Origin: Ethanoligenens sp.
Lineage (GTDB): Bacteria > Bacillota > Clostridia > Oscillospirales > Ethanoligenentaceae
Length of the DNA: 64,000 nt
NCBI GenBank assembly: GCA_047722935.1
Contig: JBDNZS010000010.1
Coordinates: forward strand, 2,108 to 66,107
Direction: 5' to 3'
Shown piece after piece: positions 20,222 to 30,304 of this stretch. Each line of letters begins with the position of its first letter. Position 1 is the first letter of the stretch. A program made the translations under genes and the position numbers. Under the pieces are notes generated by a model that had not been told where the DNA came from, did not search any database, and saw only the letters and a program-made list of their open reading frames with translations.

Positions 20222-20273
20222 ACAGACAAAAAAGTCCGCTGAAACTTAGCGTTTCAATGGACTTTTTGTCTGT
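20222..20273. terminator. Bidirectional terminator between the XRE remnant and guaA
   Basis: acagacaaaaaagtcc ... ggactttttgtctgt, with an inner stem tgaaac/gtttca. An A-tract lies 5' and a T-tract 3'. Confidence 0.65.
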
Positions 20274-20363
20274 ATAAATTTGTTGAGAATAATCTATAGT
20301 ATCAAAGGCCGTTTTGATGTTCAAAAAGTTCAGTGTTTATACGACTTCGCGGACTTTTCGTCA

Positions 20364-21896
20364 TCATTCCCACTCTATTGTAGCGGGCGGTTTACTGGTG
20401 ATATCGTATACTACACGGTTAATACCTTTTACTTCATTGATAATTCGGTTGGAAACTGTATCCAGCACTTCAAAAGGGATGCGTGCCCAATCTGCGGTCA
20501 TGAAATCACTAGTAGTGACACCCCGCAGCGCCAATGTGTAATCATAGGTACGTCCATCCCCCATAACGCCTACCGAACGCATATTGGTTAGTACCGCAAA
20601 ATATTGATTGATATCACGCATCATGCCCGCTTTGGTAATTTCCTCGCGGAACACGGCATCCGCATCGCGCAAAACATCCAGTTTTTCTTTTGTGATTTCT
20701 CCAATGATACGAATAGCAAGGCCCGGACCCGGAAACGGCTGCCGCCAAACCATATAATCAGGCAAACCAAGCTCTTGCCCAAGCGCACGCACTTCATCTT
20801 TAAACAGCAGCCGCAGCGGTTCTACAATTTCCTTAAAGCGGACATGCTCCGGCAGTCCACCTACATTGTGGTGACTTTTAATGACAGCAGCATCCCCAAG
20901 ACCAGATTCAATGACATCTGGATAGATCGTACCTTGCGCCAGAAATTCCACAGTTCCAATCTTTTTGGCTTCATCTTCAAAAACACGGATGAACTCTTCA
21001 CCAATAATTTTGCGCTTGCGTTCTGGATCCGAGATGCCTTTTAATTTATCCAAAAAGCGCTCTTCTGCATCCACACGAACAAAATGAATATTTCGCCCCT
21101 GAAACGCCTCTTCGACTTCATCGCCTTCGTTTTTACGCATTAAGCCGTGGTCTACAAAGATACAAGTCAACTGCTTGCCCACTGCACGCGACAAAAGTGC
21201 CGCCGCCACAGCAGAATCCACGCCGCCGGACAAAGCCAACAATACGCGGCCATCTCCAATTTTCTCTTTAAGACTGGTCACCGTTGTCTTGGCGTAATCC
21301 CCCATACTCCAATCACCGGTGCATTGGCAGACCTCAAATAGAAAATTACGGATTATCTCCGTTCCTTTTTCGGTGTGCATGACTTCAGGATGAAATTGCA
21401 CGCCATAGAATCCGCGTTCTGTATCTTCAATAGCCGCCACGGGGCAGTTCAGGGATTTGGCAATCACATGAAAACCTTTTGGCAATTGTTCCACATAATC
21501 GCCATGGCTCATCCAAGTTGTAACAGTAGATGCAAGCCCATGGAACAACGGACTTGCTGTATCCAGATCTGTAGCCGTTCGGCCATATTCACGACCACCG
21601 GCGGCGACCACATTCCCTCCCAAAGACTGCACAAGCAAATGAATACCATAGCAGATACCCAGAATCGGCACACCTAAAGTAAAGACTGCCGGATCGCAAG
21701 TTGGCGCGTTCTCACCATACACGCTGTTTGGCCCACCGGTAAAAATGATACCAACCGGATGCAGCGCACGAATCTCCTCGACCGGCATATGATGCGAACG
21801 AACCTCACAATAAACGCCGCATTCGCGCACACGACGTGCGATTAACTGATTATACTGTCCGCCAAAATCCAAAACCAGCACAAACTGATGCTCCAT
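20364..21896 (-). CDS. guaA: Glutamine-hydrolysing GMP synthase
   Basis: GATase nucleophile GICYG, PP-loop SGGVDS, and C-terminal PPATIEWE. The ATG at 21896 is preceded by GGAGG. Confidence 0.97.
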   Translation of the reverse strand: MEHQFVLVLDFGGQYNQLIARRVRECGVYCEVRSHHMPVEEIRALHPVGIIFTGGPNSVYGENAPTCDPAVFTLGVPILGICYGIHLLVQSLGGNVVAAGGREYGRTATDLDTASPLFHGLASTVTTWMSHGDYVEQLPKGFHVIAKSLNCPVAAIEDTERGFYGVQFHPEVMHTEKGTEIIRNFLFEVCQCTGDWSMGDYAKTTVTSLKEKIGDGRVLLALSGGVDSAVAAALLSRAVGKQLTCIFVDHGLMRKNEGDEVEEAFQGRNIHFVRVDAEERFLDKLKGISDPERKRKIIGEEFIRVFEDEAKKIGTVEFLAQGTIYPDVIESGLGDAAVIKSHHNVGGLPEHVRFKEIVEPLRLLFKDEVRALGQELGLPDYMVWRQPFPGPGLAIRIIGEITKEKLDVLRDADAVFREEITKAGMMRDINQYFAVLTNMRSVGVMGDGRTYDYTLALRGVTTSDFMTADWARIPFEVLDTVSNRIINEVKGINRVVYDITSKPPATIEWE

Positions 21897-21965
21897 GAAC
21901 AACCTCCGCATTTTTATCCTATAAATTTGCAAATACTCTTCGTCATACCCAAAGAGCCGCACCCG

Positions 21966-23117
21966 CTATAAACTATCCTGCCCTGCAAATATTTCATTTT
22001 TACGGTGCATATGGACCGACAGCGCCAACCCAATCAACCAATACGACGCGACCATTGAGGAAGCCCCCGCACTGAAAAAAGGCAGCGTGATACCAATCAC
22101 CGGCAACACCATCAGCACCATGCCGACGTTGATAAAAACCTGCATGGTAAACGCAGAAAAAACACCCACACAAATCATTGAGCCAAGTGGATCTTTGGCA
22201 GAACGCACATATTGCAACAGCCGTACTGTCAAAATCAAGAACAACACCAAAATCAGCACACAGCCGATAAAGCCCAGTTCTTCACCAGCCACTGCGAAAA
22301 TCATGTCGTTTCTTCTTTCGGGTAGTTGTCCGCTGATGGAGGATTGTGTGCGTGGACCGTGAAACAGGCCGTATCCCCAAATCTGCCCCGAGCCTATAGC
22401 GCTGCGTCCATACAGCTGCTGCATGGATACATCCTTCAAGTCGCTGCTTTCAGGATTGAATAACGCTAAAATTCGATGGCGCTGTGTGTCGCCAAACACT
22501 TTGCTCCAGATAACAGGAATGCCTGCAAGCAATAACACCGCGCCAACTGCAAAATAGCGCAACTGCACACCTGCTGCAAACAGCATACATATAAACATGC
22601 CTACATAAACAAACGCCATCCCCATGTCTTTCTGCACCACAATAATGCCAATCGGCACCATCGCGTGCATCACCAGCAGAATCACATTCAGCGGAGATGT
22701 CAGGCGTTCTCTGACGGCATTATAATGTGTTGCGAAAGTGATGATAAAACACAGTTTCACAAATTCAGCAGGCTGTACGGTAGTGAATCCCAGATTGATC
22801 CAAGACAGGTCGGCGGAACCAGCCACTGTGTAAGGATGCACATAAGGCAGCAAAAGCATAATCACGCCTGCCGCCGCTCCCACTTTCCATAGATTTCCCA
22901 TATCGTGGTAATCGATCTTCGAGATAACTACCATGCCCGCAATCCCTAGGCAGATGCCGACAATCTGCATAAAAAATGCTCTGGAAGATGTATGGGTCGC
23001 GTTGGTGGCACTCAAAACCAACAGCAGTCCGTATACGGATGCCAGTATCGCTGTCAGCATTAGCACCAGATCCGTCTGCCGAATATAACGCCAAACGGCG
23101 CGAAATATTTTGAACAT
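21966..23117 (-). CDS. FtsW/RodA/SpoVE family peptidoglycan glycosyltransferase
   Basis: Polytopic protein of about 383 aa with SEDS-type regions (QPAEFVKL, FAVAGEELGFIG, PFFSAGASS). I chose the internal Met MFKIFRAVW as the start. Confidence 0.9.
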   Translation of the reverse strand: MFKIFRAVWRYIRQTDLVLMLTAILASVYGLLLVLSATNATHTSSRAFFMQIVGICLGIAGMVVISKIDYHDMGNLWKVGAAAGVIMLLLPYVHPYTVAGSADLSWINLGFTTVQPAEFVKLCFIITFATHYNAVRERLTSPLNVILLVMHAMVPIGIIVVQKDMGMAFVYVGMFICMLFAAGVQLRYFAVGAVLLLAGIPVIWSKVFGDTQRHRILALFNPESSDLKDVSMQQLYGRSAIGSGQIWGYGLFHGPRTQSSISGQLPERRNDMIFAVAGEELGFIGCVLILVLFLILTVRLLQYVRSAKDPLGSMICVGVFSAFTMQVFINVGMVLMVLPVIGITLPFFSAGASSMVASYWLIGLALSVHMHRKNEIFAGQDSL

Positions 23118-23253
23118 TTTTTCACCGCCTTTTGCTATTATATCGTCTGTACGGTTTCTTTGCAAGCAAATTACAGCTTTCCATATCAATCGGATAAAAT
23201 GGAAGGCGATTGCCTGGATACGGTTCGCATATTTAAGGTTTTCACATATTTTT

Positions 23254-23282
23254 TTGACGCAACCCACTTTTTTGCGTATAAT
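23254..23282 (+). promoter_or_regulatory. Near-consensus sigma-70-type promoter for fhs
   Basis: TTGACG, a 17-nt spacer, then TATAAT, about 90 nt upstream of the fhs ATG. Confidence 0.6.
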
Positions 23283-23370
23283 TAAAAAGTAAGCGACAAG
23301 ACCGGCGCATCCCTTGCTGCGAATATAGCGAGGGTGCGTCGGAAAACAGAGAAAATACGGGGGAAACAAT

Positions 23371-25038
23371 ATGCTCAGCGATATTGAAATTGCGCATCAG
23401 TCTGCCTTACAGCCTATAGCCGAAATTGCCGCCAAACTCGGTGTATCCGATGACGAATTGGAGCTATATGGAAAATATAAAGCCAAGCTCAACGATTCTC
23501 TGTTCAAGCGCCTTGCGCCGAAACAGGATGGCAAATTGATTTTGGTCACGGCTATCAACCCAACGCCGGCCGGCGAGGGCAAAACAACCACCACAGTCGG
23601 TTTGGGAGACGCGCTGCGCAAACTGGGCAAACAGGCGGTCATTGCGCTGCGCGAACCATCCCTCGGGCCAGTGTTTGGCATGAAAGGCGGCGCGGCAGGC
23701 GGCGGATATGCACAGGTCATGCCTATGGAAGATATCAACTTACACTTCACTGGTGATATGCATGCCATCACTGCGGCAAACAATTTGCTCTGTGCAATCT
23801 TGGACAACCATCTGCAACAAGGAAACACGCTGCAAATCGACCCTCGCCGCATCCTATTCAAACGGGTACTGGACATGAATGACCGCGTCCTGCGGCAGAC
23901 TGTCGTCGGTTTAGGCGGAAAAGCTAACGGCATACCGCGTGAGGATGGGTTTATTATCACCGTTGCCAGTGAAGTGATGGCCATTCTCTGTCTGGCAAAG
24001 AACATTGCTGATTTGAAAGAACGGCTGGGCAATATCCTGGTCGCCTACTCATATGCGGGCGAACCGGTCTATTGTAAGCAACTCGGTGTAGCGGGCGCAA
24101 TGGCCGCCCTGTTGAAAGATGCGATCAATCCCAATCTGGTGCAAACACTCGAAGGCACGCCCGCTATCATCCACGGCGGTCCGTTTGCCAATATCGCACA
24201 CGGATGCAATTCCGTGCGCGCCACCGCGCTCTCCTTAAAATTGGGCGATTACTGCATCACCGAGGCCGGTTTTGGCTCTGACCTCGGCGCGGAAAAATTC
24301 ATGGATATCAAATGCCGTGCCGCCGGTCTTCATCCGGCAGCGGTCGTGCTGGTCGCCACCATTCGCGCACTTAAGTATAATGGCGGTGTTAAGCGGGACG
24401 CTCTCGGCACGGAAAACGTGGCTGCCCTCCACCGTGGTGCGGACAACCTGCGTGCGCACATTACCAACATGCGGCGTTTCGGTGTGCCGGTCGTGGTGGC
24501 GATCAATCGGTTCGATACAGACACGGAAGCAGAGCTTTCAGCAGTGAAGGAAATCTGCACGGAGGAGCACGCCTCTTTTGCTCTTTCGGAAGTATTTGCT
24601 AAAGGCAGTGAAGGTGGCTTGGATCTGGCGCGCAAAGTAATGGATGCCGCTGACACCCCCTCCACCTATGCGCCATTGTATGATTTAGATCTGGGAATCA
24701 GGGAAAAAATCGGAACCCTGGCAGAGCAGATTTACGGCGCGGGCGAGGTACAGTATACCGCTGCGGCGGATAAGGCGCTGGCTGAAATCGAAGCGCTTGG
24801 CGGAAACAAACTGCCCATCTGTGTTGCTAAAACCCAGTACTCCTTGTCGGACGACGCCAAAGCGTTAGGGCGCCCAAAAGGATTTACCTTGCATGTACGG
24901 GACGCGCGTCTTAGTGCAGGCGCCGGGTTCGTGGTAATCTACACCGGCAACATTCTGCAAATGCCCGGTCTACCGAAAAAGCCTGCCGCCGAACAGATTG
25001 ACATTGATGCAAACGGCGTAATCACCGGACTTTTTTAA
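23371..25038 (+). CDS. fhs: Formate--tetrahydrofolate ligase
   Basis: 555 aa with the P-loop [10 protein letters not shown] and full-length FTHFS similarity. Confidence 0.97.
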   Translation: MLSDIEIAHQSALQPIAEIAAKLGVSDDELELYGKYKAKLNDSLFKRLAPKQDGKLILVTAINPTPAGEGKTTTTVGLGDALRKLGKQAVIALREPSLGPVFGMKGGAAGGGYAQVMPMEDINLHFTGDMHAITAANNLLCAILDNHLQQGNTLQIDPRRILFKRVLDMNDRVLRQTVVGLGGKANGIPREDGFIITVASEVMAILCLAKNIADLKERLGNILVAYSYAGEPVYCKQLGVAGAMAALLKDAINPNLVQTLEGTPAIIHGGPFANIAHGCNSVRATALSLKLGDYCITEAGFGSDLGAEKFMDIKCRAAGLHPAAVVLVATIRALKYNGGVKRDALGTENVAALHRGADNLRAHITNMRRFGVPVVVAINRFDTDTEAELSAVKEICTEEHASFALSEVFAKGSEGGLDLARKVMDAADTPSTYAPLYDLDLGIREKIGTLAEQIYGAGEVQYTAAADKALAEIEALGGNKLPICVAKTQYSLSDDAKALGRPKGFTLHVRDARLSAGAGFVVIYTGNILQMPGLPKKPAAEQIDIDANGVITGLF

Positions 25039-25058
25039 GCAAACACAGGGGGAATATC

Positions 25059-25493
25059 TTGACCGAAATCATTAGCCGTTCACCGGCGGAAACGGAACAG
25101 GCGGGCGAGCAGTTGGCCAAAGAATTGCGCCCTGGCGATGTTGTCGCCCTTTTTGGAAACCTCGGTGCGGGGAAAACGCAATTTATTCGGGGACTTGCCC
25201 GCGGTCTTGCAATCACGGACATGGTGTCCAGCCCCACGTTTGCCCTTGTACACACTTATTCCGGTCGTATCCCGCTCTACCATTTTGATATGTATCGTAT
25301 CATGAACTGGGCGGATCTGGAGTCCACTGGCTTTTTTGACTATCTTGACAGCGGCGGCATCTGTGCTGTGGAATGGAGCGAGAACATAGAAGCCGCCCTT
25401 CCGGCAAATGCTATTCGGGTGCACATTGAACCGGATGCAGGGACAGATCTCCGACGCATCTCCATCAAACACGAAGAAACGGGGGCAAAATAG
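25059..25493 (+). CDS. tsaE: tRNA t6A37 biosynthesis ATPase TsaE
   Basis: P-loop GNLGAGKT and SPTFALVHTY. TTG start. Confidence 0.9.
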   Translation: MTEIISRSPAETEQAGEQLAKELRPGDVVALFGNLGAGKTQFIRGLARGLAITDMVSSPTFALVHTYSGRIPLYHFDMYRIMNWADLESTGFFDYLDSGGICAVEWSENIEAALPANAIRVHIEPDAGTDLRRISIKHEETGAK

Positions 25494-25496
25494 CGG

Positions 25497-26216
25497 ATGA
25501 AAATACTTGCCATCGACACATCGTCCGTGACTGCTTCTGCCGCATTGTGTGAAGACACCCACCTTCTGGGCGAGGTATATGTGCATATCCCGCAGACCCA
25601 CAGTGAAACATTGATGCCCGCCGTCTGTGAACTCCTGCGCCGTTGTAAAACAACGTTCTCGGAAATTGGCCTGTTTGCTGTTTCCACAGGCCCGGGTTCT
25701 TTCACCGGCGTACGTATCGGCGTAGCCGCTGTGAAAGGTATGGCGTTGGCTTGCGGCGTACCTTGTGTGGGTGTCTCAGCGCTGGAAACTGCGGCATGGA
25801 ATATTCCGTTTTTTACGGGAACAATTTGCGCCGTGATGGACGCCAGACGCGGCCAAGTCTACAACGCGCTGTTTGCTTCCTCCCCTACTGGCCTGGTACG
25901 CCGCTGCATGGACCGCGCAGTCGGGCTTGACACATTGTTAGAAGATTTACCAGCAGAACCGGTTTTACTGGTTGGAGACGGCGCTGAACTGTGCTATAAT
26001 GCGTTTAAGGAACATCGTTACTGCCTGTTGGCTCCAGACCGGCTGCGCTTTTCTCACGCCGGTGCGGTTGCGGCACTTGGGTTGGATGCCTTTCAGGAAA
26101 AGCGGTCTTTGACACCTGACCAGCTGATGCCGGTCTATTTGCGCTTACCACAGGCAGAACGAGAATTACGTGCGAAAATGGCGCAAAATAATACGATACG
26201 GGGGGCATCTTCATGA
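25497..26216 (+). CDS. tsaB: tRNA t6A37 biosynthesis protein TsaB
   Basis: Contains MKILAIDTSS and GPGSFTGVRIG. Confidence 0.9.
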   Translation: MKILAIDTSSVTASAALCEDTHLLGEVYVHIPQTHSETLMPAVCELLRRCKTTFSEIGLFAVSTGPGSFTGVRIGVAAVKGMALACGVPCVGVSALETAAWNIPFFTGTICAVMDARRGQVYNALFASSPTGLVRRCMDRAVGLDTLLEDLPAEPVLLVGDGAELCYNAFKEHRYCLLAPDRLRFSHAGAVAALGLDAFQEKRSLTPDQLMPVYLRLPQAERELRAKMAQNNTIRGASS

Positions 26217-26644
26217 TTGCATTGGGCAGTGACCACGGCGGGTTTGCATTAAAGCAAGAGATCAAAACCTATTTGGATAAGCAAGGTATCCCTTATCGGG
26301 ATTTTGGAACCTACAGTGCCGATTCCTGTGATTATCCCGACTACGCCAAAGCGGCTTGCACAGGCGTATTAGACGGTTCATGTGAAAAAGCACTATTGTT
26401 TTGCGGTACCGGCGTGGGTATATGCATAGCTGCCAACAAGCTGAAGGGCATCCGCGCCGCGTGCTGTTCCGATTACTACAGCGCCAAATACACTCGACTC
26501 CACAATGACGCAAATGTGCTTTGCCTTGGCGGGCGCGTTGTGGGAGCAGGACTTGCCTGTGAATTGGTCGATGTGTTTTTGCACACAGATTTCGAGGGCG
26601 GCGAGCGCCATGAACGTCGTCTGCAAAAAATAGAACAACTTTGA
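26213..26644 (+). CDS. rpiB: Ribose-5-phosphate isomerase B
   Basis: Contains MIALGSDHGG and CGTGVGICIAANK. There is a 4-nt overlap with tsaB. Confidence 0.92.
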   Translation: MIALGSDHGGFALKQEIKTYLDKQGIPYRDFGTYSADSCDYPDYAKAACTGVLDGSCEKALLFCGTGVGICIAANKLKGIRAACCSDYYSAKYTRLHNDANVLCLGGRVVGAGLACELVDVFLHTDFEGGERHERRLQKIEQL

Positions 26645-26674
26645 AATGAAACAATTATAACGGGGTGTGCATCC

Positions 26675-27307
26675 ATGAATAAAAACATTTCGCTGCTGAG
26701 CCATCCGCTGATTCAGCACAAGCTGACGCTTTTGCGGGACAAACAAACCGGAGGCAAAGAATTCCGCGAAATGGTGGGCGAGATCGCCATGCTGATGTGC
26801 TATGAGGCGACGCGCGACCTTCCTCTCCAAGAAGTAGAAATCGAAACACCCGTCGCATTGGCAAAAGCGCAGGTGATTTCAGGTAAGAAATTGGCATTTG
26901 TCCCCATTCTAAGGGCGGGGCTTGGCATGGTAGACGGTGTTTTGCGCATGGTTCCTGCCGCCAAAGTAGGGCACATCGGACTATATCGTGACCCGGAAAG
27001 CCTCCATCCCGTCGACTACTATGTAAAACTGCCCGATGACATCCGTGAACGCGAAGTGATTGTGCTTGACCCGATGCTGGCAACCGGTGGCTCCGCAGTG
27101 GAGGCCATCTCCGTCATCAAGAAGCATGGCGTGCGTCACATTAAGTTTATGTGCATCATTGCTGCACCGGAAGGCTTAAAAACATTGTCTGAAGCACACC
27201 CGGACGTGCAAGTCTTCTGTGCCGCACTGGACGATTATTTGAACGACCACTGCTACATCGTTCCAGGACTCGGTGATGCCGGAGACCGCCTGTTTGGCAC
27301 AAAATAA
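26675..27307 (+). CDS. upp: Uracil phosphoribosyltransferase
   Basis: [17 protein letters not shown], the PRPP loop [10 protein letters not shown], and C-terminal [12 protein letters not shown]. Confidence 0.97.
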   Translation: MNKNISLLSHPLIQHKLTLLRDKQTGGKEFREMVGEIAMLMCYEATRDLPLQEVEIETPVALAKAQVISGKKLAFVPILRAGLGMVDGVLRMVPAAKVGHIGLYRDPESLHPVDYYVKLPDDIREREVIVLDPMLATGGSAVEAISVIKKHGVRHIKFMCIIAAPEGLKTLSEAHPDVQVFCAALDDYLNDHCYIVPGLGDAGDRLFGTK

Positions 27308-27347
27308 AAATAGATGCCTGTCATTTTATGTCAGGCATCTATTTTTA
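27305..27347. terminator. Bidirectional terminator shared by upp and the convergent sirtuin gene
   Basis: aaaaatagatgcctg ... caggcatctattttt. The right arm overlaps the last codons of the minus-strand gene. Confidence 0.75.
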
Positions 27348-28083
27348 TCTGTGCCTTTTCCAGCGCAGCACGCAACGTCACACCGGCTGCCGCATGGATG
27401 CACAAATCCGCACGGCGGTCATGCGGTGTTTCACTCTTGTTGAGAAGCACCAAGTGTTTTCCTTGAAAATAATCAATCAGTCCCGCAGCCGGATAGACGG
27501 CCAGACTGGTGCCTGCCACAATCAGCAAATCGGCTTGTTCAATAGCGCGGACAGCACCTGTCACGATCTCGCTGTCCAGCCCTTCACCATAAAGCACGAC
27601 ATCCGGACGGATGATACCGCCACACATGCAGCGAGGGACGTCGGACGCCTCCAAAACGGACTCTAAGCTGTACTGTTTGCCGCAGGACATACAATAGCTG
27701 CGATATACACTGCCATGCAGTTCATACACTGTTTTTGATCCTGCCCGGCTGTGCAACCCGTCAATATTCTGCGTCACAACGGCAGACAGCTTGCCTTCCC
27801 GTTCCAGCGCTGCAAACGCTCGATGTGCATCGTTTGGCTCAGCGTCAGGGAACACCAGATATTCGCGCAGATACTCAAAAAAAGTTTTGGGGTTTTGCAT
27901 AAAGAAACGATGTGAAAGCAGAACTTCCGGCTCTCTTCCATATTTCTCTTGAATGCGTTCATATACGCCACCAGCCGAACGGAAATCCGGTATGTTACTC
28001 TCAGTGGAAACACCCGCCCCAGTAAAGGCGACAATCTGCTGCGAGGTCATCAGCCAATCGGCTAATGTTGTTATTTCATCCAT
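27331..28083 (-). CDS. cobB: NAD-dependent protein deacylase (Sir2/CobB family)
   Basis: GAGVSTESNIPDFRS, QNIDGLH, and the Zn ribbon CMSCG...CMCGG. 250 aa. Confidence 0.9.
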   Translation of the reverse strand: MDEITTLADWLMTSQQIVAFTGAGVSTESNIPDFRSAGGVYERIQEKYGREPEVLLSHRFFMQNPKTFFEYLREYLVFPDAEPNDAHRAFAALEREGKLSAVVTQNIDGLHSRAGSKTVYELHGSVYRSYCMSCGKQYSLESVLEASDVPRCMCGGIIRPDVVLYGEGLDSEIVTGAVRAIEQADLLIVAGTSLAVYPAAGLIDYFQGKHLVLLNKSETPHDRRADLCIHAAAGVTLRAALEKAQIKIDA

Positions 28084-28179
28084 CTGCCTCCCCTTCCATT
28101 CTGCGAAAAGCCATGGGGCTCCATCGCCCTATGGTTGCAGCATATCACGACCATCAGATGATTGCAAGCACACCGCACT

Positions 28180-28219
28180 AAAAAATCCCTGTCGGGTTTG
28201 ATGTGTACCCGGCAGGGAT
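28180..28219 (-). terminator. Rho-independent terminator of the GATase1-like gene
   Basis: On the minus strand, atccctgccgggt ... acccgacagggat is followed by TTTTTT. Confidence 0.75.
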
Positions 28220-28239
28220 CGATGATATGGGCGTATCTT

Positions 28240-28932
28240 TTAGACTTTTCCATATGTGTAGGCGGGTTGACGCACAACGCTGCGTCCCATCCAAAGCAGT
28301 GTATTCTCCATTAGCCTGGAAAATATCGGGTAGGTGTCCTCCGTATGCCGTGAAAAATTACCGCCTTTCGCTGCAATAATAGCGGGTGTATATTCGGGAT
28401 GAAATTGAAAGCCAACCGCGGGTACGTCATCCGCTGCAAACATGGCGCTTGGGGACAGACTTGAGCGCGCAAGGCTTAAATGCACCGGCAGAGCGTAATG
28501 GTCGCTGTGGCGCATGTAGGCAAAAAATCCTCTTTCCAAGCCACGCAGCAACGGATGTGCACAGCCCTCTTTCCACGGACGGATATAATAAAAACCTTGC
28601 TCCTCATCACCGCAGCGATAAGCCGGCGCACCCAGTGCCTGCGCGAGGATACCGGCCCCCATGCCAAAACCAATCACTGGTTTTTTTTCATTGAGCAGCA
28701 TCCGCACATATTCCACTTCACCATAAAGCCATGGATCGGCATCCTTATTCCATAAATGTTGCCGCCCGCCGTGAAGTACCGCGACGTCAAATTCATACAA
28801 TTTGGGGAAATCTTCGTTGCGATCTATATGGATTTTTTTTGACGTGGCCATACCGTTTTTCTCCATCCATATATCCAGATTGGATGGGATGGTTAGATGG
28901 TCATCATCATGCAAAAATTCTACAATTCTCAT
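28240..28932 (-). CDS. Class I glutamine amidotransferase-like protein lacking the nucleophile Cys
   Basis: GATase1 fold signals are VIGFGMGAGILAQALG, where G-x-C-x-G is expected, and GFQFHPE, where His-Glu is retained. Confidence 0.8.
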   Translation of the reverse strand: MRIVEFLHDDDHLTIPSNLDIWMEKNGMATSKKIHIDRNEDFPKLYEFDVAVLHGGRQHLWNKDADPWLYGEVEYVRMLLNEKKPVIGFGMGAGILAQALGAPAYRCGDEEQGFYYIRPWKEGCAHPLLRGLERGFFAYMRHSDHYALPVHLSLARSSLSPSAMFAADDVPAVGFQFHPEYTPAIIAAKGGNFSRHTEDTYPIFSRLMENTLLWMGRSVVRQPAYTYGKV

Positions 28933-29023
28933 AAAAGCCGCCTCCTATTCAGAAAAACCTATGACACCAGCCAAACGTCCTTGCTTTTGGAATATACTGG
29001 TTATCAAAAATACACAAAATAAC

Positions 29024-29048
29024 GCGCTTTGAGATTTTCTCAAAGCGC
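29024..29048 (-). promoter_or_regulatory. Terminator-like leader hairpin (possible attenuator) upstream of the GATase1-like gene
   Basis: gcgctttgaga ttt tctcaaagcgc is a perfect 11-bp stem, followed on the minus strand by GTTATTTTGTGTATTTTT. It lies about 30 nt downstream of the predicted TSS. Confidence 0.5.
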
Positions 29049-29080
29049 CGTTGCTCTACTATGTTATTCTTTCCGTTTTT

Positions 29081-29109
29081 ATTATAATCATCCATGCAGG
29101 ATTTGTCAA
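29081..29109 (-). promoter_or_regulatory. Consensus sigma-70-type promoter reading toward the GATase1-like gene
   Basis: The minus strand reads TTGACA, a 17-nt spacer, then TATAAT, an exact consensus. Confidence 0.7.
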
Positions 29110-29292
29110 TAGATATTGCAAAAGTTTTACACTATTTTCCTTATTTTCGTTTGCTGTGCGTTTCTCAAACAAACATCTGTCAGAACCAAACTACGCACCT
29201 TGCGTATTATGCACATAAAATCCAAGCCCATGCCTCTCAAAATTTTGCTGATTTATTATATAAGCTCTATATGTTTTTTGGATATTGATGTT

Positions 29293-29320
29293 TTGCGCTC
29301 ATTTCATTCTGTGTTATAAT
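29293..29320 (+). promoter_or_regulatory. Extended -10 promoter for the ArAE/FUSC-like gene
   Basis: TGtTATAAT at 29312-29320 with a weak -35 TTGCGC 16 nt upstream. Confidence 0.5.
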
Positions 29321-29360
29321 AACAAAACAAAAAAGTATTATACCAAAGCTGGGTGTATCT

Positions 29361-30281
29361 ATGAAAATAAAACCAGGAATGCGCACAATTAAGACAGCGG
29401 TAGCCGTTGGACTGAGTGTGGCAATTTCGTATGCTTTAAAACTAGAATATCCATTTTATGCAGCTATCGCCTGTGTAGTGGTGTTACAGATTTATTCCAA
29501 AGACACAGTCACCGCCGGCCGCAACCGTCTGCTGGGCACATTAGCGGGCGGTTTAGCCGGTTCGCTATTTGCTTATATGCCGATAGATAAATCAATTGCA
29601 TCTTTTTTTGGCATCATTTTTTTGTTCTTTATTCTTTCCCAATTTCGCTTAAATAAATCAATGACGATTGGCGGCATCGTATTCATGCGCATCATGGTCG
29701 ATTTGGATTACAGCAAAGAAGCGCCGCTGCTATTTACCTATAACCGGTTGTTGGCGACGCTGTTGGGTGTCGTCATTGCGGTGGCCGTCAACCTGCTTTT
29801 GTTTCCTTATCATCGCACCAAGGAAATTGATAAACGATTTATATTGTTGAAAGCGCGTCTGTTCGATAGTCTAACCGATCTGCTTGCTTATCATACTCTT
29901 GCCGACATCCCTGCATTAAAAAAAGACTGTGACACCTTGCAGGGACATTTGGAAAAAAACACAGCGGAATATAAACTGTTCGCCCGCCGTGATGAACAAG
30001 TCGCCGAAATGCGCAAAGCTGTCGAGATGTTTCAAAGCATCCTGCGACATATGGTCATGATACAGGAGTTACCGGAGAAATGCCGGCAACTTGATGAACA
30101 GAACAGCCGAGCTCTCTCTGTATTGACCGCCTGCCGACTTCCGGAAACAACGGGGGAATCCGAAGAATATGCAAAAAACATCGTCTATAATTATCATGCA
30201 AGCTGTATGCTCGACTGCGCCAAAGAAATAGAAAATGCACTGGCACAACCGCCGCAGCTTTGGACCTCACGGGCAGAGTGA
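29361..30281 (+). CDS. Aromatic acid exporter / FUSC-family membrane protein (YgaE-like)
   Basis: Starts MKIKPGMRTIKTAVAVGLSVAISYAL, with several TM helices and a C-terminal coiled-coil-like soluble part. GC looks lower than in the neighbouring genes. Confidence 0.75.
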   Translation: MKIKPGMRTIKTAVAVGLSVAISYALKLEYPFYAAIACVVVLQIYSKDTVTAGRNRLLGTLAGGLAGSLFAYMPIDKSIASFFGIIFLFFILSQFRLNKSMTIGGIVFMRIMVDLDYSKEAPLLFTYNRLLATLLGVVIAVAVNLLLFPYHRTKEIDKRFILLKARLFDSLTDLLAYHTLADIPALKKDCDTLQGHLEKNTAEYKLFARRDEQVAEMRKAVEMFQSILRHMVMIQELPEKCRQLDEQNSRALSVLTACRLPETTGESEEYAKNIVYNYHASCMLDCAKEIENALAQPPQLWTSRAE

Positions 30282-30304
30282 TTGGGAACATTGCAAACGT
30301 CCCA

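Noticed and set aside
23283-23370. A ZTP (pfl) or THF riboswitch upstream of fhs.
   Set aside because: The leader forms one extended hairpin (ccggcg ... cgucgg enclosing cccuugcu/agcgaggg). It lacks the CCGCCUGGGC pseudoknot element of ZTP and the THF core.
27331-28083. The Sir2-domain protein as a possible anti-phage defence component.
   Set aside because: It is a canonical 250-aa CobB-type deacylase with the Zn ribbon and NAD motifs. It has no fused effector or sensor domain and no defence-type neighbours.
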